64,000 bases of DNA. Origin: Eledone cirrhosa (lineage: Eukaryota). The notes beneath the pieces are model-generated. The model made no database searches. It was not told where the DNA came from and worked only from the letters and a program-made list of their open reading frames with translations. This document shows positions 13,585 to 27,580 of the stretch, in pieces. Made by a program: the position numbers and the translations under genes. Location: contig OZ024751.1 of the NCBI GenBank assembly GCA_964016885.1, positions 14,632,001 through 14,696,000 on the forward strand, in the 5' to 3' direction. Each line of letters opens with the position of its first letter. The stretch's first letter is position 1.

Positions 13585-14450
13585 CTCAAGCCAATGCTGA
13601 GTATTGAAAGAGACCTCCACCAACACATGTTGAGGCTGAGTATTAAAAGAGACCTCCACCAACAAATGTTGAGGCTGAGTATTAAAAGAGACCTCCACCA
13701 ACACCAACAAATGTTGAGGCTGAGTATTAAAAGAGACCTCCACCAACAACAACAAATGTTGAGGCTGAGTATTGAAAGAGACCTCCAACAACAACAAATG
13801 TTGAGGCTGAGTATTGAAAGAGACCTCCAACAACACCAACAAATGTTGAGGCTGAGTATTAAAAGAAACCTCCACCAACACCAACAAATGTTGAGGCTGA
13901 GTATTAAAAGAGACCTCCAACAATAACAACAAATGTTGAGGCTGAGTATTGAAAGAGACCTCCACCAACACCAACAAATGTTGAGGCTGAGTATTAAAAG
14001 AAACCTCCACCAACACCAACAAATGTTGAGGCTGAGTATTAAAAGAGACCTCCACCAACACCAACAAATGTTGAGGCTGAGTATTAAAAGAAACCTCCAC
14101 CAACACCAACAAATGTTGAGGCTGAGTATTAAAAGAAACCTCCACCAACACCAACAAATGTTGAGGCTGAGTATTAAAAGAAACCTCCACCAACACCAAC
14201 AAATGTTGAGGCTGAGTATTAAAAGAGACCTCCACCAACACCAACAAATGTTGAGGCTGAGTATTGAAAGAGACCTCCACCAACAAATGTTGAGGCTGAG
14301 TATTAAAAGAGACCTCCACCAACACCAACAAATGTTGAGGCTGAGTATTAAAAGAGACCTCCACCAACACCAACAAATGTTGAGGCTGAGTATTAAAAGA
14401 GACCTCCACCAACAAATGTTGAGGCTGAGTATTGAAAGAGACCTCCACGG
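13585..14450. repeat. 39/42/45-bp minisatellite
   Basis: caacaaatgttgaggctgagtattaaaagagacctccac(caacac). Confidence 0.95.
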
Positions 14451-14965
14451 AGAAGTGATGATGTGAAACTAAAAACAAATAACTTTGAGAAAACACTGAG
14501 AAGTGTAAAACACAAGTGGGAGAATTTAATTAAATATTAAAAGATGAACGATAAAAGTGATCAATTTTCTGGTTGATTTTGTTTCCTAGGAATATCTTAA
14601 CGAACACTGATACAGACTTAATTGGACTTCATTGAATCTTGGTAGATTCTAAGAGGAAGGTGAGGATTTGGTGATAAATCTAAAAATGTTTCATTAAAAA
14701 TATCAGTGCTGAGAGAGAATGGGAATGTGGGAGGAAGGTGGGGGGGGGGGGGGGGGTGAGCGATAAGAGAGACAGGAGGGAGTAGAGAGTAAGAGAGACA
14801 GTGGGAGGGGGCAGAGATTAAGAGAGAATTAGAAGGGGGGGCAGAGATTAAGAGAGAAGTGGGAGGAAAAACGAAACAATACATGAATATACATATATAT
14901 GACAGAGAGAGAGAGAGAGAGAGAAAGGGGCGATTAATATATATATAAATAAATATATATATATA

Positions 14966-15059
14966 TAAGGTGTTCCCCAAAAATGTATACACACTTCCAC
15001 AGCATCCTAATAAATATTGCCAGTATAGGTAATCAAAGTGTGTATACACTTTTTGGGAC

Positions 15060-15065
<6 letters not shown>
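14966..15065. mobile_element. Tc1/mariner-type MITE (about 100 bp) in (TA)n; further copy at 54749-54838 and solo ends at about 15110 and 61534
   Basis: About 28-bp inverted ends cagggtgtcccaaaaagtgtatacacac, TA flanks. Confidence 0.75.
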
Positions 15066-15112
<47 letters not shown>

Positions 15113-15156
15113 GATGTCCCCAAAAATGTATATATATATAAATATTAGAGAGAGAG

Positions 15157-15189
<33 letters not shown>

Positions 15190-15681
15190 CTATTTTCATT
15201 GAAGTAGGAAGTAGAAATTGTAAATGAGAATTCTAACAGTTTTTAAAGATAAAAAAAACTTGCAAGAAAACCAAGCGAAATATCTCTTCGCTTCACACTC
15301 CCAATATTTTATATTGAAAATAGTGGAAATCTTGAAAATGTAGCCTTTTTCTCCTTCATTTCTAATTAACGTTTCATCATCATAAACTTAATTAAATCAA
15401 CCAAGCCAGTTTAGGTTTAGATTTTTTTTAAAATTTGTTGTTTTGTTTTGTTTTTTTAATTCCTTTTTCGGTAATTGGTAAATTTATTTTATTTTGTAAT
15501 TTCTTTTTTTTTTAATTTTAGATTGTTAAATGAAAACAATAAGGAGTGCGGGTAAATGGAGGGATGGGTGTCTCCTCACCCATTCCTACACCATCTGTTA
15601 TTTTTATTAGTAGTAGTAGTAGTAGTAGTAATAGTAGTAGTATAATTATTGTTGTTAGCCTTATGCCAATGTTAGAAAGAA

Positions 15682-15722
<41 letters not shown>

Positions 15723-16039
15723 TTATTAATTAAGAATTAAGTTTCTTCAGAGACAAATTCAATTTGGACAGCAGATATAATAAAGATATTTATACCATTA
15801 TGACAGACACCTTTTAGAAATTATCATCAACACATCCCCTCCCTACACCACCTCTACCTCATCCTCCATCATTGCCAACACCAGTTTCAACAACTGAGGG
15901 GGGGGGGGGTTATATAGATGTAAGACGGGTGGTGGGGCAGGGGGCATTTTAAATAGATGTGAAAAGAGAAAACGGATTAAATAGATATTAGAAAGGGGAA
16001 ATGATTTAAATATATCCGACATGGGTTTAAATAGATGTA

Positions 16040-16420
16040 AGAGGGGACAATTTAAATAGATGTGAAAAAGGGGACGGAAAGACATCAATTTAAATAGATG
16101 TGAAAAGGGGGACAGATTAAAAATCTTAGCAGAAGACATCAATTTAAATAGATGTGAAAAAGGGGACAGATTAAAAATCTTAGAAGACATCAATTTAAAT
16201 AGATGTGAAAAAGGGGACAGATTAAAAATCTTAGCAGAAGACATCAATTTAAATAGATGTGAAAAAGGGGACAGATTAAAAATCTTAGAACACATCAATT
16301 TAAATAGATGTGAAAAGGGGGACAGATTAAAAATCTTAGCAGAAGACATCAATTTAAATAGATGTGAAAAAGGGGACAGATTAAAAATCTTAGAAGACGT
16401 CAATTTAAATAGATGTCAAA
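16040..16420. repeat. Minisatellite of about 51-54 bp
   Basis: catcaatttaaatagatgtgaaaaaggggacagattaaaaatcttag. Confidence 0.92.
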
Positions 16421-16499
16421 GGACATTAGTTTATATAGAAGGGGACATCAGAGTTTAAATTGATGTGGAGCTGATATAGATTATATAGAGATGGACCGT

Positions 16500-16746
16500 A
16501 ACTATGCCACAAAACATGGTGTCTGACGCTCTACTGCTTCTGTCAATCCACCGCACTCAATAATAATTGTTTCTACTTTAGGCACAAGGCCAGCAATTAC
16601 TCAGTACATTACTGGTACTTTATTTTATCGACCCCGTAAGGATGAAAGGCAAAGTCAACCTCGGCGGGATTTGAACTCAGATCGTAAAGGGACGTAACTA
16701 TGCTGCCAACATGGCGTCCGACCCCTCTACCGATACTGCCAATCCA
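16500..16746 (-). mobile_element. SINE S2, one full copy plus a head fragment
   Basis: Same motifs as 7955-8146. Confidence 0.85.
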
Positions 16747-17259
16747 TAATAATAAAAAGAACAGAAATTGTTTATATAAACATGTTAAATGATTGTTTCA
16801 TGAGAGGTGAAGCAGGGAAGAACAACAATAACAACAACAGCTATATAAGGAAGCTGTTGTGCTAATTACAAACAATAATTGTTTATCTAAGGAGGTGAGG
16901 AGAGTGGGAGGGTGAGAGTAGATTGTTGTTGGAGGAGGAGGAGGTAGTTATTCTGGCTGTATTGTGTTTCTGAAACAATATAAAACTGGTGGTGATAGCA
17001 GTGGTGGTGGGGGGGGTTGGGGGTAACAACAGTGGTGGGGTGGGTGATTGATGATGGTGGTGGTGGGTGATGGATGGGGGTGGGTGATTGATGATGATGG
17101 TGGTGATGGAGGTGTGGTGGTGGGTGATGGATGGTGGTGGGTGGGTGATGGGAGGTGGAGTGGATGATGGAGGTGTGGTGGTGGATGATGGAGGCATTGA
17201 GGGAGAGGTGTTACTACAGTGGGTGGAGAGGAAGGAAAGAACAGGAGGAGGAGGAGACA

Positions 17260-18290
17260 GAAGCTAAAACAGTGGGAGGAAGGCAATAGAAAGAAAAGAC
17301 AAGTGTGAGGAAGGGTGGGAGAAGCTAAAACAGTGAGGTGAGAGAGAGAAGCTACAACAGTGAGGTGAGAGAGAGAAGCTACAACAGTGAGGGAGGGAGA
17401 GAGAAGCTACAACAGTGAGGGAGGGAGGGAGAAGCTACAATAGTAGGAGAGAGAGAGAGAAGCTACACCAGTGAGAGGGAGGAGAGAAGCTACAACAATA
17501 GGAGAGAGAGGGAGAAGCTACACCAGTGAGAGAGGGGGAGAGAAGCTACAATAAGAGAGAGAGAGGAAGAAGCTACAATAGGAGAGAGAGAGGAAGAAGC
17601 TACAATAGGAGAGAGAGAGGAAGAAGCTACAATAGGAGAGAGAGAGGAAGAAGCTACAATAGGAGAGAGAGAGAGAGGGAGAAGCTATACCAGTGAGAGA
17701 GGGAGTGAGAAGCTACAACAGTGAGAGAAGCTACAACAGTAGGAGAGGGAGAGAGAAGCTATAACAATGGGAGAGAGAGGGAGAAGCTACACCAGTGAGA
17801 GGGGGAGAGAAGTTATAACAATAGGAGAGAGAGAGAGGGATAAGCTACACCAGAGAGAGAGGGATAAGCTACACCAGAGAGAGAGAGAAGCTACACCAGA
17901 GAGAGAGAAGCTACACCAGAGAGAGAGAAGCTACACCAGAGAGAGAGAAGCTACACCAGAGAGAGAGAAGCTACACCAGTGAGAGAGGGGGAGAGCAGCT
18001 ATAACAATAGAAGAGAGAGAGAGAGAAGCTACACCAGTGAGAGAGGGAGAGAGAAGCTACAACAATGGGAGAGAGAGAGGGAGAAGCTACATCAGTGAGA
18101 GAGGGGGAGAGCAGCTATAACAATAGAAGAGAGAGAGAAGCTACACCAGTGAGAGAGAGAAGCTACACCAGTGAAAGAGGGAGAGAGAAGCTACAACAAT
18201 GGGAGAGAGAGGGAGAAGCTACACCAGAGAGAGGGAGAAGCTACACCAGTGAGAGAGGGGGAGAGAGAACCTATAACAATAGGAGAGAGA
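17260..18290. repeat. GA-rich variable minisatellite
   Basis: gagagaagctacaccagtga / gaagctacaataggagaga. Confidence 0.9.
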
Positions 18291-18965
18291 GGGTGAGTCA
18301 ACAATGATTCCACCATTTAGACAGAGGAAAATAGATTCAACCATCTAAGACAATACTAAACCTTAAAGGATCACAGTTTATACACAGTTGTATAAATAAA
18401 ATATATATAATGGTTCAAAGTGCCTAGCTGGTATCCGGGAGATATGGGGTTTGATTCCTCATGGCAGCTGATCGCAATTTCTTCCATCTTTAACCCTTTA
18501 ACATTTACATTACTCTATATTTACTATTGTATTTTCACAGTAAAGGCTTTACCTCACATAACATTACTCTATATTTACTATTGTATTTTCACAATAAAGG
18601 CTTTACCTCACATAACATTACGCTATATTTACTATTGTATTTTCACAGTAAAGGCTTTACCTCACATAACATTACTCTATATTTACTATTGTATTTTCAC
18701 AATAAAGGCTTTACCTCACATAACATTACTCTATATTTACTATTGTATTTTCACAGTAAAGGCTTTACCTCACATAACATTACTCTATATTTACTATTGT
18801 ATTTTCACAGTAAAGGCTTTACCTCACATAACATTACTCTATATTTACTATTGTATTTTCACAGTAAAGGCTTTACCTCACATAACATTACTCTATATTT
18901 ACTATTGTATTTTCACAATAAAGGCTTTACCTCACAATATCGATTCTATGAGATTTTATAATAAT

Positions 18966-19517
18966 AATTGTTTCTACTATTGGCACAAGGCCAGAAATTA
19001 CCCAGTACATTACTGGTACTTTATTTTATCGACCCCGTAAGGATGAAAGGCAAAGTTAACCTCGGCGGGATTTTAACTCAGAATGACAAGGGCCGTAACT
19101 CTATGCGTCAAAGCATGGCGTCCGACCCTCTACCGATACTGCCAAATAATAATTGTTTCTACTTTAGGCACAAGGCCAGCAAAATACCCAGTTCATTACT
19201 GGTACTTTATTTTATCGACCCCGTAAGGATGAAAGGCAAATTTCTAATATAGGCACAACGCCAGTAATTTTTTTTTTGGGGAGGGGGGGGGGGATTAAAT
19301 TTACCTCAGTACGTTACTGGTACTTTATTTTATCGACCCCATAAGGATGAAAGGCAAAATTAACCTCAGCGGAATTTGAACTCAGAATGGAAAGAGCCAT
19401 AACTCTATGCGTTAAAGCATGGCGTCCAACGCTCTACCGATACTGCCAATCCACCAATAATAATAATTGTTTCTACTTTTGGCACAAGGCCAGCAATTAC
19501 CCAATGCATTACTGGTA
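18966..19517 (-). mobile_element. Cluster of about four SINE S2 copies or fragments nested in a MITE
   Basis: Repeated ggcacaaggccag..actggtactttattttatcgaccc..gatgaaaggcaaa. Confidence 0.85.
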
Positions 19518-19752
19518 ATAATGAAATTGTGTACAGTGCTCAGGTGCACTTCAACTCATCAAAGGTGAATGTATAGTACATAGAATAATATACAAATGTC
19601 AGGAAAGTGAACAGTGTATGAGTCATGATATATAATGTGCGCGTGTATGGAGGAAGCATGGAGGTTTTAAAGGATGCAGTGTGTTGGTAGCTAACAACTG
19701 ATGCAGGTAGTTTGTTCCATACTTCAGCAACTCTGAGCGTGAAAAAATGTTT
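19516..19752 (-). mobile_element. Same CR1-group LINE 3' end, unamplified
   Basis: Reverse complement matches 40245-40335 and 40825-41010. Confidence 0.85.
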
Positions 19753-20233
19753 TTATTTATTTTGAGAAGAATACCTTTATGTCAGTATGAATGGCCAGTT
19801 ACAACTGGTATAAACAGAAAGAGGTGAGAGAATTCTGGCCAGTTTAAATGCTGAAGGCTTAAAATAGTTGTTAACAGGAGAGGATTCCAGCTATAATAAA
19901 GTGATGCAAAAAAAAAAAAAATGTCCCATTTAACCCATGACAGCATGAAAAAAAAAATCAGACATAAAACTATTGTAGCGATGATGGTGGTGGTGGTGAT
20001 GATGGTGGTGGTGGTGGTGGTGATGGTGATGCGTGTGCGAGTTGTCAAAGAGAAACCAATAAAGGTGTTAGCTGCTGAGAAATAGAGATATATATATGAT
20101 TTTTATATGCAAGTTATATATATATATATACGTGTGTGTATGTGTGTAAAACGGTGATGAGATATATATATATTTTTTTTTTCTACCTGAGATATACACA
20201 CATCTGTTTATTATTTCCACACATCATCTAAGT

Positions 20234-20266
<33 letters not shown>

Positions 20267-20624
20267 CTTTAAACATCAAACTAACATTGCCATGCTAAAT
20301 ATAAACATTACACTTTAACATACTATATACATTATACGCACTTTTAAACATCAAACCAACTCTGCTGTGTTAAATATAAACTATTACATCAACATGTTCT
20401 TAATTATATACACACCTTGAAACATAAAAAATGACATTAAATAATGTAAGCTTAGATAGACTATGCCTGAATAAATGATTGGGATGGTTTATGTTTCGAA
20501 CACCTTGAATGATAGATTTGTTGGATCAAAACTGACCACGTTGTTGGAACTATATGTGTTTAGTAAGACAGTCTACTGAGGATGGGTCTGGTGTCTTTAT
20601 GGTGCCTGGGTGCCTGATGTCTAA

Positions 20625-20817
20625 TAATTGTTTCTACTTTTGGCACAAAGCCAGCAATTACCCCAGTGCATTACTGGTACTTTATTTTATCGACGCCTGT
20701 AAGGATGAAAGGCAAAGTTAACCTCGGCGGGATTTGAACTCAGAATGGCAAGGGCCGTAACTACATGCGTCAAAGCATGGCGTCCGACCCCCTACCGACA
20801 CTGCCAATCTACCGTCC
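20625..20817 (-). mobile_element. SINE S2, full length
   Basis: Same motifs. Confidence 0.88.
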
Positions 20818-21268
20818 TGATGTTTAATAATGGCAATTGGCACTATTTCTTGTCAACCCGAAACAGCTGTTTAGACTTTAGAAATCGTTCTTTTATCATC
20901 TTCATGTAAGTTCATCCCTTACATTCAGATTTTGTTACACAGTTTTTGTACACACACACACACACACTCACACTCATCGTTTAACGTCCATTTTCCACAT
21001 TAGCATGGGTAGGACAGGCTGTTCCTTTGTGAGAGATCAGGTCAGGGGACCGTGTTTCACTCACACAGAACTGATTTTGACTTGGTTTCTACAGCTGAAT
21101 GCCCTTCCTAACGCCAATAATATATAAATATAATATATAAATACATATATTTAATGCGTTGAAATGTCCGAGACCCCCAGCAGACAATTGAAGAGGAGAC
21201 CTGTCCTTTGTTGTGCTTTCCTTATATTTCTAATTACACTTTATCAAGTAAGCACACAGCCCCTTGTT

Positions 21269-21307
<39 letters not shown>

Positions 21308-21471
21308 TCTTCTTGCATACGTTTTGCTATGGCAATATTGTATTTTTACTGATAAAATTTTCAATTTAGTTGAGTTGGCTTAAGTATCTAATGGTGAGCT
21401 ATTTTTAGCACTCCTGTTGGCCTGCGCATTTGTCTGACAATACGATTGATACTTTGTATATTGATCAAAAT

Positions 21472-21509
<38 letters not shown>

Positions 21510-22925
21510 TCAACCATACTATAACCAACCACAACAGTACTACTCCACTACAACAACACTACACAGCCATACTACAACAGTAACCACCACACTACACAGC
21601 CATACAACAGAAACCACCACACTACACAGCCATACAACAGAAACCACCACACTACACAGCCATACGGCAGAAACCATAACACTACACAGCCATACTACAA
21701 CAGTACCACCTCACTACTACGACAGTAACCACTCCACTACTACAACAGTAACCACCATACAGTACCACTCCCCTACTATAACCCTCACGACAGTAACCAC
21801 AACAGTACCCCACCATACTACAACAGTAACCACACCAGTACCCCACCATACTACAACAGTAACCACAACACTACCACTCCCCTACTACAACCCTCACTAC
21901 GACAGTAACCACAACAGTACCCCACCATACTACAACAGTAACCACACCAGTACCACTCCCCTACTACAACCCTCACTACGACAGTAACCACAACAGTACC
22001 CCACCATACTACAACAGTAACCACAACACTACCACTCCCCTACTACAACCCTCACTACGACAGTAATCACAACAGTACCCCACCATACTACAACAGTAAC
22101 CACAACACTACCACTCCCCTACTACAACCCTCACTACGACAGTAACCACAACAGTACCCCACCATACTACAACAGTAACCACAACACTACCACTCCCCTA
22201 CTACAACCCTCACTACGACAGTAATCACAACAGTACCCCACCATACTACAACAGTAACCACAACACTACCACTCCCCTACTACAACCCTCACTACGACAG
22301 TAACCACAACAGTACCCCACCATACTACAACAGTAACCACAACACTACCACTCCCCTACTACAACCCTCACTACGACAGTAACCACACCAGTACCCCACC
22401 ATACTACAACAGTAACCACAACACTACCACTCCCCTACTACAACCCTCACTACGACAGTAACCACAACAGTACCCCACCATACTACAACAGTAACCACAA
22501 CACTACCACTCCCCTACTACAACCCTCACTACGACAGTAACCACACCAGTACCCCACCATACTACAACAGTAACCACAACACTACCACTCCCCTACTACA
22601 ACCCTCACTACGACAGTAACCACAACAGTACCCCACCATACTACAACAGTAACCACAACACTACCACTCCCCTACTACAACCCTCACTACGACAGTAATC
22701 ACAACAGTACCCCACCATACTACAACAGTAACCACAACACTACCACTCCCCTACTACAACCCTCACTACGACAGTAATCACAACAGTACCCCACCATACT
22801 ACAACAGTAACCACACCAGTACCACTCCCCTACTACAACCCTCACTACGACAGTAACCACAACAGTACCCCACCATACTACAACAGTAACCACAACACTA
22901 CCACTCCCCTACTACAACCCACACT
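21510..22925. repeat. 79-bp minisatellite (about 13 copies) with degenerate 5' lead-in
   Basis: actacaaccctcactacgacagtaaccacaacagtaccccaccatactacaacagtaaccacaacactaccactcccct. Confidence 0.95.
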
Positions 22926-23464
22926 ATATAAAGTGTTATCTACTGCCGTTTCATGTCTTCACATGTTATATACAACAGAAATATATTTAATTAAAATTAA
23001 TTCACGTCATAGTTAAGCAGCTTAACAGGGAAAGTATTAAAACTTAAACAATGTTCAGACTTGTGTCTTCATCTTGTGTGTGTGTGTGTGTGATTGTGTG
23101 TATGGATGTGTGTGTGATTGTGTGGCTGTGTGGATGTGTACGTATGTGGCTGTGTGGATGTCTACGTGTGTGATTGTGTGTGTGTGTGTGTGGTTGGATG
23201 GATAGATGTATGGATATGCGGATGTGTGCGTTGATAGACGTATGTGTGGTTGTGTGTATGTATGTGTGGATAGATGTGTGGTTGTGTGGATGTATGTATG
23301 TGTGGATGTGTGTGTGTGTGTGTGTGTGTGTGGTTGTGTGGATGTATGTATATGGATGCATGTAATGTGCATATGATAGATGGATGTGGAACTCCTGATA
23401 AGAGGGAGAAAGTGGTGGGAGGGAGAGAGAGTGATAAAGAGGAAGTGAAACAGAAATATAAAGG

Positions 23465-23623
23465 AAGACTAGACCCCCAGTACTTGGCTGGTACATTTAT
23501 CAACTTTGAAAGGATGAAAGGCAATGTTACCCTCTGTGGGATTTGAACTCAGGATGCCGAGAGCCAGAACCAATATTACAAACATTCTATTCTCTGTTCT
23601 AACAACTCTGGCAACTCACCACC
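23465..23623 (-). mobile_element. SINE S2-related, older copy
   Basis: cccagtacttggctggtac..aggatgaaaggca..ggatttgaactcag. Confidence 0.7.
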
Positions 23624-23864
23624 TCTTAGATGTTGTTGCTACATTATTTCAGATCTCGGACTCTCTCTGACCCTTTTTAGGGGTCAGTCATAGTCAGTAA
23701 TATTCTCAGGATTTTGAAGCAAATCCTTCATTCAATTCAGTGGGGTTGTTCTCGTTATGGCTCAAACCTGTGTTGTAGGTTTAGCTGGACTCTGTTGAGC
23801 TTCCATCTCATGGGAGGTGTTTTTAACGATAGGTGCCTCGGTGGGATAAAATATTTTCATTCCA

Positions 23865-24090
23865 CTGCGAAAATGAGATGGCTGGGTCATGTGTTGAGGA
23901 AAGATGAACATGATTGGGTGATAGGAGAGATGGAAATGAATGTGAAAGGAAGTAGAGGAAGAAGAAGACCAAGAAAGACTTAGCTAAAGATGATAGAGGA
24001 GGAAACGAAAGCTAGGGTGCTGGTGAGGAGGGAAGCAGATGAGAGGGTAAGGGAAAAGTCCAGAGGTTTGTCATGGGGCTTGCAAGGCTA
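23865..24090 (+). pseudogene. RTE-clade LINE ORF C-terminal remnant
   Basis: MRWLGHVLRKDEHDWV..VKGSRGRRRPRKT* matches the RTE RWxGHVxR..GRPRKTW pattern; the Trp codon is now a stop. Confidence 0.8.
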
Positions 24091-24117
24091 ACTCCAGTTT
24101 TATCAGAGAAGATGTCC

Positions 24118-24331
24118 TTAACCCTTTAGCATTTACATTAATTTTATATTTAGTATATTTTTATGGTAAAGGCTTAACCTCACATAATATGGAGTCTATG
24201 AGATTTTTATATTATTTATTTTGAGAACAATACCTTAATATCAGTATGAGTGGCCAGTTATAGCCGGTTTGAACAGAAAAAGGTGAGAGAATTATGGCTG
24301 GATACGGCCAGTTTAAATGCTAAAGGGTTAA
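24118..24331. mobile_element. piggyBac-like MITE
   Basis: ttaaccctttagcattta..taaatgctaaagggttaa. Confidence 0.9.
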
Positions 24332-24599
24332 ACTGTAGTTGTTGTATTCCATGCCACTTACTAACTCTGTTTGAACCACATAACCTGTCAACTGCATCAA
24401 AGACATGACAACCTCCCTAGAGCTGGTGTCATGATAAAATACACTTGGTAGAGCGCTGGATTATGTGTAAGTGATATGCAGCGCCCCAGTCCATCTGAGA
24501 GGTCAATAGCCTCATTTGAGTTCCAACTAGCAGCAAAGACAGATGTTAAATGATGATGATGATACACACCAACCCAGAGATTGAGTTATATTCACACCT

Positions 24600-26380
24600 A
24601 TTACCATCGCTATCACCATTACCACTACGACCACCACCACCTTTACTGCAATCACCACATTTAATATTACCCCAACACACATCTATCACCCCCACCCCCA
24701 CCACTACTACATCTATCAGCACCACCACTACTACATCTAACCCCACCACCACCACTGCTACTGAACCACTACTACATCTATCACCACCACCTATTATTAT
24801 TACCATCCTACTACATTTGTTACTAAGCCCCCACCACCAACACCACATTTATTATAACCACCACTACCACCACTACTACCACATATATTACCCCCACCAT
24901 AACCACCACCACCACTACCACATATATTACCCCCACCACCACCACATATAACCCCCCCCCACCACCACCACCACCACCCCCACCACCACATATATTACCC
25001 CCACCACCACCACCACCACATATATTACCCCCACCATAACCACCACCACATATATTACCCCCACCACCACCACCACTACCACCAACACTACCACCACCAC
25101 CACCAACACCACCACTACCACATATATTACCACCACCACCACCACTACCACCAACACCACCACTACCACATATATTACCACCACCACCACCACTACCACC
25201 ACCACCACTACCACCACCACCAACACCACCACTACCACATATATTACCCCCACCACCACCACTACAGCAATAAAAGTCTGGTAAACAATATGTAAGAGAA
25301 AAGAGGGGGGAGGGACTGGTTAAACAATCCTCCATTAAAGATTTACTGTGAAAATTACTGTGTATGTGTGTGTATGTGTGTATGCATGTGTATGCATGTG
25401 TGTGTATGTATGTAAGTATGTATGCATGTGTGTGTATGCATATGTGTGTGTGTATGTATGTATGTGTATGTATGTGTGTATAAGTGTGTGTATGTATGTG
25501 TATCTGCAGGTGTAAGCATGTATTTGTACATGTGTATGTATATATCTTAGTATGTTCAAGTTATGTACAAGTCTGAGTGTATCTGCATGTGCATATGTAT
25601 GTGTGTGTGTGCGCGTGTGTGAGAGGGAGTGGGTGTATGTGTGCGTATATTTGTATGTACATGTTTGAGCATGTATATATCTGTACACGTGTATATATAT
25701 ATGCACATGAACGAGTATGTGTGTGTGTGTGTGTGTGTGCATATGGGTATATGTGTCTATGTGTATTTGTGTAGGTGTATCTGTGTGCATATGTGTACGT
25801 GTTTCTGTATTTGTATGTTTGTGTGTATGTGTGGGGGTGGGCATGTATGTGTGTATGTGTCTGCAAGTACATGTAGGTATGTGTGTGTATGTGTGTATGT
25901 ATGTGTGTATGTGTCTACGTGTGTATGTGTCTGCAAGTGCATGTAGGTATGTGTGTGTACACATGTGTATGTATGTGTGTGGGTATGTGTGTGGGTATGT
26001 GTGTGGGTATGCAAGTACATGTAGGATTGTGTATGTACACAGTTATGTAGGTATGTGATGTATGTGTATGTGTGTATATGTATGCGCATGTGTGTATATA
26101 TCTGCAAGTGCATGTAGATATGTATGCGTACACAAATGTGTTGGTATGTGGTGTGTACACAGCTATGTGTAGGTCTGTGTGTGTGTACATAGCTATGTGT
26201 AGGTCTGTGTGTGTGTACATAGCTATGTGTAGGTCTGTGTGTGTGTGTCTGTATGTGTACACAGCTGTGTGTAGGTCTGTCTGTGTGTACACAGTTATGT
26301 GTAGGTCTGTGTGTGTGTGTCTGTATGTGTACACAGCTATGTGTAGGTCTGTCTGTGTGTACACAGCTATGTGTGTATAT
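24600..26380. repeat. (CAC)n-rich tract followed by a degenerate (GT/TATG)n tract
   Basis: Direct inspection. Confidence 0.9.
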
Positions 26381-26558
26381 GAGTTTCAATAGAAAACTAC
26401 CGACTGTATATCATAGCTATGTTTAGAGAGCTGTTAATTAACTGGTTAATGTTACTGACAGAGATAGACAGATGAGGGAGAAAGGACTCCTGTCTACACA
26501 CATTCCTACATACAAATTATATACAAATATGCACATACATATATAGACACACACAGAT

Positions 26559-26592
<34 letters not shown>

Positions 26593-27114
26593 AACAAATT
26601 AATTTAACCCCTCCAGACAAAGTTTAAAAGCTTTTTTCCCCATCTTCCATTCAAGTGAATATCTTTGGCAGAAAAGATAATATAAAATCCACTGCTAATT
26701 ATATATAGATTCTTAATTAGGTCTTTGTTTAACGAGATAGAGTTGAAAATATCTAATTCTTAGCAAAATACTGCATATTTGTTTTATTTGCCAAACACAC
26801 ACACACACACACACACACAGAGAAACACGAGTACACAGACATACATAGAAACACAGGCACACATAGATGCACAGAAATACAGGCATACACAGAAACACGC
26901 ATACATATACACAGAAACACAAGCACACACACACGTTCACTTACAGAAACATGTACATACATGCATACTTACAGAAACACACACACATACATACACAGAA
27001 ACATGCGCGCACGCACACACAGCTTTGCTGCATCTCGTTATATTTAATGAGTAATTTAGATTATTTTGATTAAGTCTCAAGTCTATTATAAAAAGCAACG
27101 TCAAATAAAACATC

Positions 27115-27580
27115 AAGCTTAACAACACAACACACTACTTGTCCCAGGAATTGAACTCACAACCTAATTGTGAGTCCAGCACCCTAACCACTATAGCTTA
27201 ACACAACACACTACTCGTCCTAGGAATTGAACTCACAGCCTTCTAATTGTGAGTCCAACACCCTAACCACTATAGCTTAACAACACACTACTTATCCCAG
27301 GAATTGAACTCACAACCTTTTAATTGTGAGTCCAAAACTGTAACCACTAAGTCATGTGCCTTCCCCATATAGAAAATGATGGTTTCTAATTTTCATACAA
27401 AGCCAGCAATTTTTGGGTTAACTGGTACTTTATTTGATCACCCCCAGTACTAAACTAGTACTTTATTTTATCAACCATTAGCACTTAATTGGTACTTTAT
27501 TTTATCAACCTCAGTATTTGACTGGTACTTTATTTTATCAACCTTCAGTACTAAACTGGAACTTTATTTCATCAACCCCA
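27115..27580 (-). mobile_element. Three tandem CORE-SINE heads followed by about five tandem S2 Deu-domain fragments
   Basis: ggaattgaactcaca..gtgagtcca..taaccact x3; actggtactttattttatcaacc x5. Confidence 0.7.

Larger units (their letters stand above)
18490..19862. mobile_element. piggyBac-like MITE expanded by 8x54-bp tandem repeats and interrupted by SINEs and a LINE
   Basis: Left part 18490-18960, right part 19753-19862. Confidence 0.8.

Noticed and set aside
13474-14496. 340-aa repetitive ORF (VEVSFNTQPQHLL) and opposite-strand ORFs
   Set aside because: Minisatellite with unit lengths that are multiples of 3 keeps frames open on both strands; no domain or splice evidence.
14618-14708. 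Possible minus-strand terminal exon (TDIFNETFLDLSPNPHLPLRIYQDSMKSN*) after a polypyrimidine tract and CAG
   Set aside because: No recognisable homology or partner exon; needs RNA-seq.
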